Notes: generated by a model not told the origin, from the letters alone. A DNA stretch of 64,000 nt from Candidatus Eiseniibacteriota bacterium (GCA_963792585.1 CAWBWI010000001.1:544001-608000), one strand, 5' to 3'. Counted from the stretch's first letter, positions 19,304 to 29,997 are shown. Numbers and translations: made by a program.

Positions 19304-20341
19304 ATGCCGATGGAGCAGAACGTGAGCCCGGCGGCGGAGGGTCCCTTCGTCCGCCTCCTACTCGAAACGGTGGACCTCGGCGGCGAAGGGGAGTCCCGTT
19401 CCCGCGAGAGGCAGCTCGCCGAGGCATGTCGCCTCTTCGAGGCGGATGTCCTCTATACGGTGACGCCGGTCGATCGGGGTTGGTGCAAGACCGCCTTCGG
19501 TCCGGACGGAGCCGTTGGAGAATCGAAGACGGACCGCCTGACCGGCATCGTCCGCAACGTCCTGACGCGGCGAAGCGGGTTCCTCGAGTCGCGCCTCGCT
19601 GCGCGGGGCGCCTTCCACCGGCATCGCGACGGATGGCCGGGGATCGACACCGGATCCTACATCGCCGTGCCCCTGCAACGCCGCGGCCATGGCCACGGCG
19701 CCCTCGTCTTGCTCCGCTCGACGCTCCGGCCCAGTTTCGTGGCCGATGACCTTCGCCGGGCGGAGTCGTTCGCGGCCGCACTGACCGTGCGGGCCGATGT
19801 CGCTGAGAAGATCGCCGAACTCGGTCGCATGGCCCGCACCGACCCGCTCACGCGCCTTGCGAACTACCGCTGCCTCCGGGAGGAGTTGGCCCGCGCGTTC
19901 CACACGGGCGACCATCTCGGCGAGTCGTTTGCCATCATCATGGTGGACGTCGACAACCTGCGCCGGGTCAACGATCGATTCGGCCACCTCGCGGGCAGCG
20001 AGATCCTGCGCCGCTTCGCCCGGGTCCTGGAACGCAACGTGCGCGCGGGGGATATGGTGGCCAAGTACGGGGGCGACGAGTTCATCGTCCTCCTGCACGA
20101 GACGACGCGGGAGGAAGCGGTGGCCGTCTCCGAGCGGATCCGGGAGGCAGTCGGTCGGGACGTTTCGGGCGTGAAGCCGAAGGACCGCGTCTCCTGCAGT
20201 TGCGGGATCGCCCTCTTCCCGGAGGATGGGTCCGACTACGCGAGCCTGATCACCGCCGCGGACCGGGCGCTCGTCCGCGCGAAGATGGGCGGACGAGATC
20301 CCGGCAGCGTCGAGGAGCCGGAGCAGAGACGCGCGGCATGA
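19304..20341 (+). CDS. GAF-GGDEF diguanylate cyclase
   Basis: TDPLT, DVDNLRRVNDRFGH, RAGD I-site, intact GGDEF. Confidence 0.9.
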   Translation: MPMEQNVSPAAEGPFVRLLLETVDLGGEGESRSRERQLAEACRLFEADVLYTVTPVDRGWCKTAFGPDGAVGESKTDRLTGIVRNVLTRRSGFLESRLAARGAFHRHRDGWPGIDTGSYIAVPLQRRGHGHGALVLLRSTLRPSFVADDLRRAESFAAALTVRADVAEKIAELGRMARTDPLTRLANYRCLREELARAFHTGDHLGESFAIIMVDVDNLRRVNDRFGHLAGSEILRRFARVLERNVRAGDMVAKYGGDEFIVLLHETTREEAVAVSERIREAVGRDVSGVKPKDRVSCSCGIALFPEDGSDYASLITAADRALVRAKMGGRDPGSVEEPEQRRAA

Positions 20342-20464
20342 CGCCGGCGCCCTCCGGTCTCCGCCCCCGTCCGGTGCTCCCCTCCCGGGCGGGGGCTTTC
20401 CATTTCCATCGCAACTTGCTGTGGTACGATCCTCTGTACGGGGCTCTGCCGGAACGGGGGCCGG

Positions 20465-23400
20465 ATGATGAAGAAGCATAGCCTTGGAGTGGTGCTCGCC
20501 ATGGTGCTCGCGCTCGTGGGAATCGGGCGGGAGGCCCAGGGCTTCGGCCAGAACAAGGTCCAGTACCGCAAGCTCGAGTGGCGTACCCTTCACACGACCC
20601 ACTTCGATGTCTACTTCTACGAGGGGGAGCAGGAGGCCGCGACCGACGCGGCCCGCATGGCCGAGCGGGCCTACAAGCGCCTCTCGACCATCCTCGACCA
20701 CCAGATCCGCGAGAAGGTGCCGCTGATCCTCTACGCGTCGCAGTCCGACTTCCAAGCGACCAACGTCAGCGAGGGCTTGATCTCCGAGGGCACCGGGGGC
20801 TTCACCGACTTTTCCAAGCGGCGGGTCACGATCCCCTTCACGGGCGGCTATGGCGACCTCGACCACGTCCTGACGCACGAGCTGGTCCACGCCTTCCAGA
20901 TGGACATCCTCTTCGGGAGCGGCGACCGCGGCATGGCAAATCCCTTCGGCGCGTACACCCCGCCCCTCTGGTTCATGGAGGGGATGGCGGAGTACCTCTC
21001 CGTGACGAAGGTCGACAACCTGACGCAAATGTGGCTGCGCGACGGCGCGCTGCAGGGCTACCTGATCCCGCTGCGCATCCTCGACATGACCTATGACATC
21101 CGGGTCTACCGCTACGGCCAGTCGATCTTCGGATACATCGGGAAGACCTTCGGAGACGAGCGGATCGGGGACTTGCTCAAGCGTCTCGCGCGCACGCGGG
21201 ACACGAACCGCGCCTTCCAGGACGTCCTGGGCATCAAGATCGACAAGTTCAGCGACGACTGGATGACCGACGTCCGCAAGACCTACCTGCCCCAGATCCT
21301 GGACTACCAGGAGCCGGAGGAGATCGCGCGCAAGCTGACCAACACCGAGCGCGACCTGTCCAGCTATTACCTCGCGCCCGCCGTCTCGCCCGACGGCTCG
21401 CAGATGGTCTCCATCTCGGATCGCTCGCTCTACAACGATCTCTACCTCGCGAGCGCACTCGACGGGAGGGTCGAGCGGCGGCTGATCAAGGGGGACCGCG
21501 CCGAGCAGTTCGAGTCACTTCGATTCCTCAACGCATCGATGGACTTCTCTCCGGACGGGCGCTCGATCACCTTCGCGGCCAAGGCGGGCAAGAGCGACGC
21601 GATCTACATCCAGCGGCTCGAGGACGGGCAGATCATCCGGAAGATCCGCTTCAAGCTGGAGGGGCTCGCGAATCCCTCCTTCTCGCCCGACGGGAAGACG
21701 ATCGTCTTCGTGGGCCTGGACGGCGGCCGCAGCGACCTCTTCCAGTGTCACACCGACGGCTCGGGCTTCCAGCGGCTCACGAACGACCGATACCTTGCGC
21801 AATCGCCCCGCTACTCCCCGGATGGAAAGTCGATCCTCTTCGTGACCGATCAGGACTCGACGACGGACTTCGCGAACCTGATCTTCGCCGAGCCGCGCGT
21901 GGCGATCCTCGATCTGGCCTCGGGCGTGGTCCGATCCTTGCCCAACATGGCGGGGATCAACACCGCGCCGCACTTCTTCCCCGACGGCCGGCACATCCTC
22001 TACATCTCCGACCGCACCGGCATCCCGAATCTCTATATCCGAGACCTGGAGACGCAGCGCGACGCGCGGATCACCAACGTGATGAACGGGGTCAACGGGA
22101 TCATCCCGCTCGCCCCCGCCGCGAGCCTCTCCCGCGACGGCCACCGGGTCGTCTTCTCGTCGTTCCGAAGGGGATCGTGGGACCTCTTCGCGATCAAGGA
22201 CCCCCTCTCTCTTGCGCGTTTCGACGAGCCCGTGATCGCCGCCGCGCCCGCCGAGAAGGCCGTCGAACAGGCCGTCAAGATCGAGCCGAGTCCTCCCGAC
22301 ACCACCGGAGTGGCCGCCCATCGGCGTCTGCTCCTCCCCGCGTCGATCGAAAGCCTCGCCGCGCTTCCTCCGACCGGCGACTTCGCCCTTCTGAGGCATC
22401 CGAGAAAAGTGGCAGAGGCCCCGTCCGCGACCTCGTTGATCGACGAGGATGCCCCGATGAAGGTTGGAGAGGTCTTCCGACTGAATCGCGCGTTACCCGA
22501 TACCGCGGGGTTCACATTCGATCGGTACCACGTTCGGTTCACCGTCGACTACGCCTCGGCCGCGGGCTTCTATGCGTCGAACGTCGGCGTCGCCGCGCAA
22601 ACGGTTCTTTCCTTCTCCGACGTGCTCGGCAACAACAACCTGCTCGTCGGCGCGGACGTCTACGGCTCGCTGTCCGATTCGAATCTATTGCTCCAGTACG
22701 TGAACCGGGCCCGACGGAACAACTACGGTTTCGCGCTCTTCCAGTATCGGGACGACTTCCTCCTCTCGACGGCGGCGAACTCCGATGAGTACGTGAGCCA
22801 GATCTACCGGGGAGTCGATCTGCTCGTCGCCCGTCCGTTCAGTCGATTCCGCAGAATCGAGTTCAACATCGAGGGCCTCTCGGTCGACGAACAGGTCTTC
22901 CGCCAGGCCTACTACGGCGACGGAATCTACGACATCACCCGCACGCAACGGTCGCACCTCTACTTCGTGCGACCGGGAGTCGGTCTGGTCACCGACAACG
23001 TCCTCTGGGGCGTCACCGGTCCGATCAGCGGGGGGAGAAGCAGCTACAGCGTCGACGTGGCGCTCGGCGATCTCCAGAATTCCCGCTGGGTTGCCGATCG
23101 GCGCAGCTACCTCAACATCCGTCAACGGTATGTGCTGGCGTTTCGCGCCATCGCCGCGACGAGCCACGGACGCGATCCCCAGGTCTTCCGGATCGGCGGA
23201 CCGTACACGGTGCACGGCGTCGACTACGGGGACATGCCCGGGAGCAACGTCGCCCTCGCAAACTTCGAGTTCCGCTTCCCGCTGATCGAGACGCTCGAGC
23301 TCGGTTGGCCGCTGCCCCTGGGATTCCGGGGGATCCGGGGCAATCTGTTCTTCGACGCCGGATCCGCATGGCGGAAGAACAGCGCGTGGCGCGCCTTTGA

Positions 23401-23566
23401 CCGTCGTGATGGATGGCGGCTGGGGGACATCGTGGCCTCCTACGGGGTCGGCATGGCGCTGAACGTGGGCATCGCGGTCCTGCGATGGGACGTCGCCTGG
23501 CGGACCGACCTGCGGGACAACCTCGGCGAGCCGCGGGGGACGCTCTCCCTGGGCGGGGATTTCTAG
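20465..23566 (+). CDS. Omp85/BamA-family barrel fused to N-terminal zinc-peptidase-like and TolB/PD40 propeller domains
   Basis: Signal peptide, HELVH...WFMEGMAEY, repeated SPDG motifs, EFRFP...FFDAGSAW, terminal Phe. Confidence 0.85.
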   Translation: MMKKHSLGVVLAMVLALVGIGREAQGFGQNKVQYRKLEWRTLHTTHFDVYFYEGEQEAATDAARMAERAYKRLSTILDHQIREKVPLILYASQSDFQATNVSEGLISEGTGGFTDFSKRRVTIPFTGGYGDLDHVLTHELVHAFQMDILFGSGDRGMANPFGAYTPPLWFMEGMAEYLSVTKVDNLTQMWLRDGALQGYLIPLRILDMTYDIRVYRYGQSIFGYIGKTFGDERIGDLLKRLARTRDTNRAFQDVLGIKIDKFSDDWMTDVRKTYLPQILDYQEPEEIARKLTNTERDLSSYYLAPAVSPDGSQMVSISDRSLYNDLYLASALDGRVERRLIKGDRAEQFESLRFLNASMDFSPDGRSITFAAKAGKSDAIYIQRLEDGQIIRKIRFKLEGLANPSFSPDGKTIVFVGLDGGRSDLFQCHTDGSGFQRLTNDRYLAQSPRYSPDGKSILFVTDQDSTTDFANLIFAEPRVAILDLASGVVRSLPNMAGINTAPHFFPDGRHILYISDRTGIPNLYIRDLETQRDARITNVMNGVNGIIPLAPAASLSRDGHRVVFSSFRRGSWDLFAIKDPLSLARFDEPVIAAAPAEKAVEQAVKIEPSPPDTTGVAAHRRLLLPASIESLAALPPTGDFALLRHPRKVAEAPSATSLIDEDAPMKVGEVFRLNRALPDTAGFTFDRYHVRFTVDYASAAGFYASNVGVAAQTVLSFSDVLGNNNLLVGADVYGSLSDSNLLLQYVNRARRNNYGFALFQYRDDFLLSTAANSDEYVSQIYRGVDLLVARPFSRFRRIEFNIEGLSVDEQVFRQAYYGDGIYDITRTQRSHLYFVRPGVGLVTDNVLWGVTGPISGGRSSYSVDVALGDLQNSRWVADRRSYLNIRQRYVLAFRAIAATSHGRDPQVFRIGGPYTVHGVDYGDMPGSNVALANFEFRFPLIETLELGWPLPLGFRGIRGNLFFDAGSAWRKNSAWRAFDRRDGWRLGDIVASYGVGMALNVGIAVLRWDVAWRTDLRDNLGEPRGTLSLGGDF

Positions 23567-23569
23567 GGG

Positions 23570-25531
23570 GTGGAGTCGCCTCGAATCCAGAGGACGATTC
23601 TTTCACCGATCGCCTGCGCGCTTCTCGCCATTCTCCTGCGCCTCTGGCTCCCGGTTTCGCCGGGGGCCGCCGATCCGTGGCTCGCCGGCGCGAACTCGCT
23701 TCAGGGGATCTCCGTCCCGGGGGAGGGAGGCGCCACGCGCACCGACCTGGTCGTCTCCGTCCCGCTGGTCGTCGTGCAGAACGCTGCGTACGTGATCGCG
23801 CGGGCGACGGGCCGGGCGGAGGGCGTGAGCGCCGGAGCGTGGATTCGCGCGCATACCGCGGCCGGGGAGGTCTTCTTGCGCCTCGTGTGGCTGGTCGCCG
23901 CTGCGGGCGCGGCTTTTCTCGCCGCGCGGGCGATGCGGGGGCCGCGCTGGGCCGCGCTCGCGGGGACGCTCGTCGCGCTTGCGCCCATCGGCCTCGTCGG
24001 CACGCAACGTCTGGAAGGATGGGCGCTCGCCTCGTTCTTCATCCTGATCGGCTTGCGACCCGCGCGAGCCTGGATTGCAGCGTTGAGTTGGAGCATCGCC
24101 CTTTCCCTCTCGCCGCTTGCCTGGATCGCGGCGGTCGCGGGGCTGATCGCCGGGCCCCGCGATCGGCGGCTTCCGATCCTCGTGAGCATTCCCGTCTGGT
24201 TCGCTCTCGCTCCCGCGAGACTGCTCTCTCCTGTCAGTGCCGTCTTCGATGTTCCCAAGCAGATCGCCGCGGCGGGGTGGCCCGGGTGGGGGGACGGCCC
24301 CGCAGGCCGTGGACTGATCGCGGCATGGACGCCGGGTGTGGTGGTCCTCGCGCTGGGCCTCATCCTCTGGCTTCGGATTCGGCGGCGGCCGGAATACCTC
24401 GCCGCGCTCGTTTCCGTCGCCGCGCTCTGGATCGTCCCGGCCGCGGTCGGTGCGCGACGTCCGGAAGCGATCGGCTCGATCGCCCCGGTCGCGATCGTTC
24501 TGGCCGTTCTCGGAGCGCAGGAGGTTTGCGCGCGGGCGCGGCGCGGTCGCACCTGGATCGGCGTCGCCCTGGCCGTCGCCCTGCTCACGCCGGGCTTGAT
24601 CGGCGCGGCCGGCACGGCGCGCGCCCTGTCCGGGAAGCGGGACCGCACCGAGGAAGTCGGACGGCTCATCGCCCGTGAGCTGGGCCGGGATGGCAGGCTG
24701 GCGCGGGATCCGGACGCGCCGGCGCCCCCCGATTCGATCGCCTGCTTCACGCTTCCGAAGAGCGCCGATCGGGTCGACGCATGGGACTTTGCCTGGTGGC
24801 CCGGTTGGTATGCCGACTTCACCCACCTGTTGATTCGCGCGGGCACCATCGAGGCGATCGAGCGCGATCCGGGCGGACGACCCATCGGCCGGGCGATGCT
24901 GGCCGCGCTCTCGAGGCATGCGGAGCGGGTGGGGGCGGTCGGAGATCCGGCCACCGAACGTTCCGCGGTGCTGCTGTTCCGATTGCGGCCGGGTCCTCCC
25001 TGGGATGCGCCGGATCGTGCGGCGGCGTGGACATCGGCGCCGGCGGCGCCCGAGGCGGCGCGCTTCGTCGGAGACCTTGCGGCTTTCCTGAGCGCTCATG
25101 GACGGACGGAGAGCGCCGTCGCCACGTTCCGCTTGGCGCTTCGGTGGGACGACGCCAACCCCCATCTCTGGAACAACCTGGGATCGACTCTTCTCTTGAT
25201 GGATGAACCCAAGGAGGCGGCGGCGGCCTACCTCGATGGACTTCGAAGGAATCCCGGGTCGGTCGAACTCCGGTACGGGCTCGCTCGGGCCTACCTCCAG
25301 GGGAAGATCCCTGGACGCGCCGAGGTCGAGTTGCGAAAGGTCCTCGCCATGAGCCCGAACTTCGCGGGGGCGCACTACGAGATGGCCCGGATCGCGGCGG
25401 CCAATGAGGACTGGGCCGAGGCTGCGAGGGGCCTCGAGGACTACCTCGCGAACGAACCGAATCCCCCCGATCGGGCGGGTGTCGAGGCGGCGCTTGCCGA
25501 GGCGCGTCGGCGGGCGGCGATCCGGCGATGA
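23570..25531 (+). CDS. Polytopic membrane protein with C-terminal TPR repeats (possibly GT-C-like)
   Basis: About 10 hydrophobic helices then WNNLG, RYGLA, HYEMA TPRs. Confidence 0.65.
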   Translation: MESPRIQRTILSPIACALLAILLRLWLPVSPGAADPWLAGANSLQGISVPGEGGATRTDLVVSVPLVVVQNAAYVIARATGRAEGVSAGAWIRAHTAAGEVFLRLVWLVAAAGAAFLAARAMRGPRWAALAGTLVALAPIGLVGTQRLEGWALASFFILIGLRPARAWIAALSWSIALSLSPLAWIAAVAGLIAGPRDRRLPILVSIPVWFALAPARLLSPVSAVFDVPKQIAAAGWPGWGDGPAGRGLIAAWTPGVVVLALGLILWLRIRRRPEYLAALVSVAALWIVPAAVGARRPEAIGSIAPVAIVLAVLGAQEVCARARRGRTWIGVALAVALLTPGLIGAAGTARALSGKRDRTEEVGRLIARELGRDGRLARDPDAPAPPDSIACFTLPKSADRVDAWDFAWWPGWYADFTHLLIRAGTIEAIERDPGGRPIGRAMLAALSRHAERVGAVGDPATERSAVLLFRLRPGPPWDAPDRAAAWTSAPAAPEAARFVGDLAAFLSAHGRTESAVATFRLALRWDDANPHLWNNLGSTLLLMDEPKEAAAAYLDGLRRNPGSVELRYGLARAYLQGKIPGRAEVELRKVLAMSPNFAGAHYEMARIAAANEDWAEAARGLEDYLANEPNPPDRAGVEAALAEARRRAAIRR

Positions 25532-26544
25532 CGCGACCCGCCCTGCTCGTCATTCTGCCCAGCTGGGTGGGGGACGGGGCCCTCGCCGCCCCGAGCGTGC
25601 GGGCCCTTCAGGCCGCTGGTCCCGAGAGAAGGCTCCTTCTTCTCGGGACGCATCGCAGCGCGCCGCTCTTTGGCCGGTGGCCCTCGGATGCTGTGTTGCA
25701 GTGGGAAGGTCGGGGGGTGGGCGCGACGGCGCGGATGGCCTCTCGCCTGCGGTTGCTCGGCGCAGAGGAAGCCCTGATTCTCGCCCCGTCCTTCCGTTCG
25801 GCGCTCGTTGCGCGGCTGGCGGGGATCCCGCGTCGAATCGGCTATGACTCGGACCATCGCGGGTTTCTCCTGAGCGAACGACTGCGGGCGCCGGGGCGCG
25901 ACGCGCACCTCGCGGGGCAGTACCTGACGCTCGCGGTTCGGCTCGGCGCCGATCCGGACTCGCCGATGGATGCCGCAATCCCCGTTGGGTCCGATGAAGA
26001 CGCGCGCGCCGAACTCCGCCTGCGCGCGCTCGACCTCGACGGAGGGTCGACCGTGGCCCTCTGTCCCGGGGCGACCTATGGGGAGACGAAACGCTGGCCG
26101 GTGGAGCACTGGGTGGGCCTCGCGCGCCGGCTTGCCGCGGAGGGGGACTCGCTCCTCGTCCTGGGGGGAGCCGATGAGCGGACGATCGCGGGGCGGATCC
26201 TCGATGCTGTCGGGGCGGCGGCCCGCAGTCTGGCGGGGGATCTCTCGCTGCGGGAGAGCCTCGCGATCCTGGGACGCCTGTCCGGGGCGGTGAGCAATGA
26301 CTCGGGCGCGATGCACCTCGCGGCCGCCGCGAGCTGCCCGGTCCTGGGTCTTTTCGGTTCGACCAATCCGATCTGGACGGGACCGCTCGGCGCCCGCTCG
26401 CGCGCGATCACCCTGCGCCTGCACTGCTCACCGTGCTACGCGAAGAGCTGCCCAACGCAGATCGAGTGCTTGCGCGATCTGGATCCCGCGCGGGTCGCGG
26501 ATGCGTTCAGCATGATCCGCAAGCGAAAGGAGGCGGGCGCTTGA
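25528..26544 (+). CDS. waaF: LPS heptosyltransferase II (GT9)
   Basis: PSWVGD, CPGATYGETKRWP, SNDSGAMHLAAA, FGSTNP. Confidence 0.88.
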   Translation: MTRPALLVILPSWVGDGALAAPSVRALQAAGPERRLLLLGTHRSAPLFGRWPSDAVLQWEGRGVGATARMASRLRLLGAEEALILAPSFRSALVARLAGIPRRIGYDSDHRGFLLSERLRAPGRDAHLAGQYLTLAVRLGADPDSPMDAAIPVGSDEDARAELRLRALDLDGGSTVALCPGATYGETKRWPVEHWVGLARRLAAEGDSLLVLGGADERTIAGRILDAVGAAARSLAGDLSLRESLAILGRLSGAVSNDSGAMHLAAAASCPVLGLFGSTNPIWTGPLGARSRAITLRLHCSPCYAKSCPTQIECLRDLDPARVADAFSMIRKRKEAGA

Positions 26545-27119
26545 CAGGCCTGCAGAAGGCCGTCTTCCTCGATCGGGACGGCACGTTGATCGATCTCGTG
26601 CCCTATCTTCACGACCCCGCCGGAGTGCGCCTCGTTCCGGGCGCCGCGGCGGCGCTCCGCAGGCTGGGCGCGGCGGGCTGGGCCCGCGTCCTTGTGACCA
26701 ACCAGTCCGGCGTCGCCCGCGGCTACTACACGCTCCAAGACGTCGAGCGCGTCCACGCCCGTGTGCTGGAACTCCTCCGCGCCGAAGGGGTCGACCTCGA
26801 AGCCATCGAGATCTGTCCCCACCATCCCGAGCACGGCTCGCCGTGCGATTGCCGCAAGCCCGCCCCGGGGATGCTCACCCGCGCGGCCGCGCGGCTCGGG
26901 ATCGATCCGCGCCGTTCGTGGGTCATCGGAGATCGCTGGGAGGACGTCGCCGCGGGAGCGCCCCTTGGCTGCCGGGGGATCCTCGTGCTGACCGGGTATG
27001 GACGGGAGCAGCTGGCGGATGGCGCGGATCCTGCGCTCGCCGGCGCAACCGCGGTTGCGGAGGATCTGGCCGCAGCCGTGGATCGGATCCTTGTGCTGGA
27101 GACGGCGGGGGGTCCCTGA
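26541..27119 (+). CDS. gmhB: D-glycero-D-manno-heptose-1,7-bisphosphate phosphatase
   Basis: FLDRDGT, TNQSGVARG, CPHHP...CDCRKP, IGDR. Confidence 0.9.
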   Translation: MTGLQKAVFLDRDGTLIDLVPYLHDPAGVRLVPGAAAALRRLGAAGWARVLVTNQSGVARGYYTLQDVERVHARVLELLRAEGVDLEAIEICPHHPEHGSPCDCRKPAPGMLTRAAARLGIDPRRSWVIGDRWEDVAAGAPLGCRGILVLTGYGREQLADGADPALAGATAVAEDLAAAVDRILVLETAGGP

Positions 27120-27125
27120 GCGCCG

Positions 27126-28160
27126 CTAGCGGGGGACGAGCCGGTAGGCCGGCGCCTGGGGGGAGTAGGCCCACCGTTCCTCGGTTCCCTTGGGGACGGG
27201 AAGGCCGGTGGCCTCCAGATCGGCAAGCTGCGCGGGGTAGGCGCCGGTGCGATACCGGTGGACTTCGATCATCCGGCGCAGATCGGTTTCCTCCCAGCGG
27301 GTGCCCGTCTCTCGCCAGGCCGTCTGGTCGGTCTGCAGCCTGCGACCCAGCCAGGAACTGCCGATCCCGATCGCAAGCAGGATCAGCAGGGTGACGAGCG
27401 CCGGAGAGCGGCGCAGCGTCTCGCGGTTGCTCGAGGGAGCGACCGTAGCCGGCCGCATCGACTCCAGAATCTGGATCCAGCCGCTCTCGATTCCGTCGGC
27501 GATCGCCTGATAGATCTCGTGCTCGCCCAGGCGCGTGGCCTCGACGATCTGCGCGATCGTCCTTCGTCCGTCGATCTGGCGCAGGATCGCGCGCCGGAGC
27601 GGATCGCTCGAGATCATGGTCTCATCGGACGCAGCGAGGCACGGCACACTCCCCTCGGGCAGGCTTCCTTGCTTGTACGACGCGAGCTCGTCGAGTCGAC
27701 GCATCGCGTCGATCAGGATCTCTTCGATCGACAGTCCGGGAGAGAAGACCGGCTCGATCGGCTCGGGGGGGAGCATGACGAAGTGGCCCTTCTCCCACAG
27801 CAACAGCCGATCGATCGTCGCCTCCGCGGCGCGGCGGTAGGCTTGCTCACATGTGTCGCGTTCGATGCGGGGAATCTCGAGGGAGACGGTCCATAGGTCG
27901 CGATCGGCGTCTCGGACTTGCTCCGCCAGATGCATCGCGTCGTGGGGCGATATGTGGCCAAGGCCGATCAGCGTCTCCAAGTAAGGCTCACCGACGGCGG
28001 CGTGGCGGCGGTGCGCGGCGCGCATGAGCCCCTCTTCGAAGTGAAGGTGGATCTCCTGATCGCCCGACTCGATTCGGAGCGTCACGGTCTTCCGCTGCGA
28101 GCCGATGAGCTGTAGCACTTCGAGGGCGGAGAGTTCGCGGAGGCTTCCCTGAACAGGCAT
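27126..28160 (-). CDS. DUF4388 (PatA-N-like) domain protein
   Basis: GSLRELSALEVLQLI..RKT, LLLWEKGHF, DAMRRLDE; TM helix near C-terminus. Confidence 0.8.
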   Translation of the reverse strand: MPVQGSLRELSALEVLQLIGSQRKTVTLRIESGDQEIHLHFEEGLMRAAHRRHAAVGEPYLETLIGLGHISPHDAMHLAEQVRDADRDLWTVSLEIPRIERDTCEQAYRRAAEATIDRLLLWEKGHFVMLPPEPIEPVFSPGLSIEEILIDAMRRLDELASYKQGSLPEGSVPCLAASDETMISSDPLRRAILRQIDGRRTIAQIVEATRLGEHEIYQAIADGIESGWIQILESMRPATVAPSSNRETLRRSPALVTLLILLAIGIGSSWLGRRLQTDQTAWRETGTRWEETDLRRMIEVHRYRTGAYPAQLADLEATGLPVPKGTEERWAYSPQAPAYRLVPR

Positions 28161-28170
28161 CCGTCTCCTC

Positions 28171-29997
28171 CTATGCCGCAGCCCGGTACGTGTCGCGCTC
28201 GAAGAAGTGACGAACGCTGCGCTGGCGCGCGACGCGGCGCGCGACGACGAGGGAGGTGCACGCGGACATCACGACGAGCAGCGCGCCGAGACCGCGCAGA
28301 AGCAGCTCGATCCACGCTCCGTCCGGCGAAGGGGCGTACGGCCACGCGGCCCGGGTGAGGAGCACCAATCCGAGGAGGAAGCACCAGGCGAGCAGGGCGC
28401 CCGTCAAAGGCCGCCCGCGCGCAATCAGGCCGAGCCCCGGCGCCGCGTACGTGCCCCACCACCGCGCCCGCTCCACGGGCTGCGTTTCCTCTCCCAGAAG
28501 ACGGCGGAGCATGATCCGGTCGACGTCGCGCTGCTCGAATCCGCCGAGAATGATCGCGCATGGCGGGCAGTAGGCGTGGCCGATCCCGCGCGTGACGCAG
28601 CGGCGGCAGATCGGCGCGCCGCAATGGTGGCAGTCGTGGACCCGCAGGCGTCTGCGCAGGAATGCGCCGACCAGGGCACCCAGGGCGACGGCCAGGATCA
28701 AGGTCGGTCCGGCCGCCGACGGGCGTCCTCCCGGCACGAGCCAGCTGACGATCGGCGGGATCGGCGCGGGGGCACCGCTTGCCGCCCGTTCGATCTCCCA
28801 GAGTTCCGCGGAGGTCAGGAGTCCATCCATGACGTCGAAGGTGGCGCTTGGATCGCCGGTTCTCGAGGCGGCGCGGACGCGCGCGAGATCCAGACGCGAC
28901 GCCTCATCGAGCCGCTCGTCCGCTTCGCGGAACCGGTGCAGGCGCGAGAGGGCGATCGCCAGGTTGTAGCGCGCCTCGAGCCGCGCGCTCGGCGCATCGA
29001 GCACGGACTCGTATTGCTGCGCCGCGCCGGCCGCGTCGTCCTGCCAGAGTCTGAGGTTGCCGAGATTGACCCCCGCGTGGGCGAAGACGAGGCTCGAGTC
29101 GACCGATGCGGCGCGGAACAGCTCGGCCGCCGCGTGCAGGTCTCCTTTGCGCCGATCGAGCATGCCCACCATGAAGGATGACTCGGGACCGGGGCGCGCC
29201 TGCGCGACGCGGCGCACGAGCGACTCGATCTCCGGTGTCGGCACCTCGCGCTGGACACGATCGATCAGCCATGCGGTCTCCGCCGGTTCGATCGGTCGCA
29301 CGGAAGGCTCGATCCAGGTCCAGAGGCTCGGCATGGCGAAGAACCAGAGGAGTGCCATGACGCCGAGCGCACGCTCGCGACGTCCCAGATCGTGGTGGAC
29401 CAGGGATGCGTAGATACAGGCCGAAGCCGCCAGTCCCCACTGCAACATCAGGGGCAGCGCGCAGAGCGCGACGGCCGCCCATCCCGAGCGCCGCGGACTG
29501 AGATGAGGGCGGAACTCCTCCTCGAGACGGTGGGCGTAGCGGCTGATCCGCCGCAGCCCCAGGCCGAATAGGAGGATGACCGCCGCAAGGCTCGTCGCGG
29601 CCCACAGGGGGGGGAGGAGCGCGGTGAGCAAACGGCGTTGGGCCTCCCAGCTTCGCGTCACGGCGGCAGCCGCCCCGTGAAGTCCCTGGGAGACCGCGTC
29701 CGCGTCAGGAAAACCGAGCTTGGCGATGATGAACCAGCCCTCGACGAGGTCGGGATCGAGATTGACCGCCAGCTGAGCATTGGTGAGGGCCGCGGCCCTG
29801 GCGTCCGGTCCCGAGGCGGACCGGGCGAGGAGCAGGTGATGCCACGCTGCGGCGGGGTGCGCCAGGGCGCCCGCCCGCGCCCGCTCCTGAGACGCCTTTT
29901 CGACGTCCGGAGCCGCGCGGACGACCCCCTGTACGCTGCCGAGGGCGATCAGCAGGCAGATCACGATCCGCCCGAACTGACACGGGCGCAATGGCAT
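28171..29997 (-). CDS. Membrane TPR protein with zinc-finger-like Cys cluster
   Basis: TM helices, TPRs (VNLGNL, RYNLA), CHHC..ICRRC...CPPC. Confidence 0.7.
   Translation of the reverse strand: MPLRPCQFGRIVICLLIALGSVQGVVRAAPDVEKASQERARAGALAHPAAAWHHLLLARSASGPDARAAALTNAQLAVNLDPDLVEGWFIIAKLGFPDADAVSQGLHGAAAAVTRSWEAQRRLLTALLPPLWAATSLAAVILLFGLGLRRISRYAHRLEEEFRPHLSPRRSGWAAVALCALPLMLQWGLAASACIYASLVHHDLGRRERALGVMALLWFFAMPSLWTWIEPSVRPIEPAETAWLIDRVQREVPTPEIESLVRRVAQARPGPESSFMVGMLDRRKGDLHAAAELFRAASVDSSLVFAHAGVNLGNLRLWQDDAAGAAQQYESVLDAPSARLEARYNLAIALSRLHRFREADERLDEASRLDLARVRAASRTGDPSATFDVMDGLLTSAELWEIERAASGAPAPIPPIVSWLVPGGRPSAAGPTLILAVALGALVGAFLRRRLRVHDCHHCGAPICRRCVTRGIGHAYCPPCAIILGGFEQRDVDRIMLRRLLGEETQPVERARWWGTYAAPGLGLIARGRPLTGALLAWCFLLGLVLLTRAAWPYAPSPDGAWIELLLRGLGALLVVMSACTSLVVARRVARQRSVRHFFERDTYRAAA

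Noticed and set aside
18279..20341. Genomic island integrated at tRNA-Arg
   Set aside because: No integrase, no duplicated tRNA 3' end seen, no obvious composition shift.
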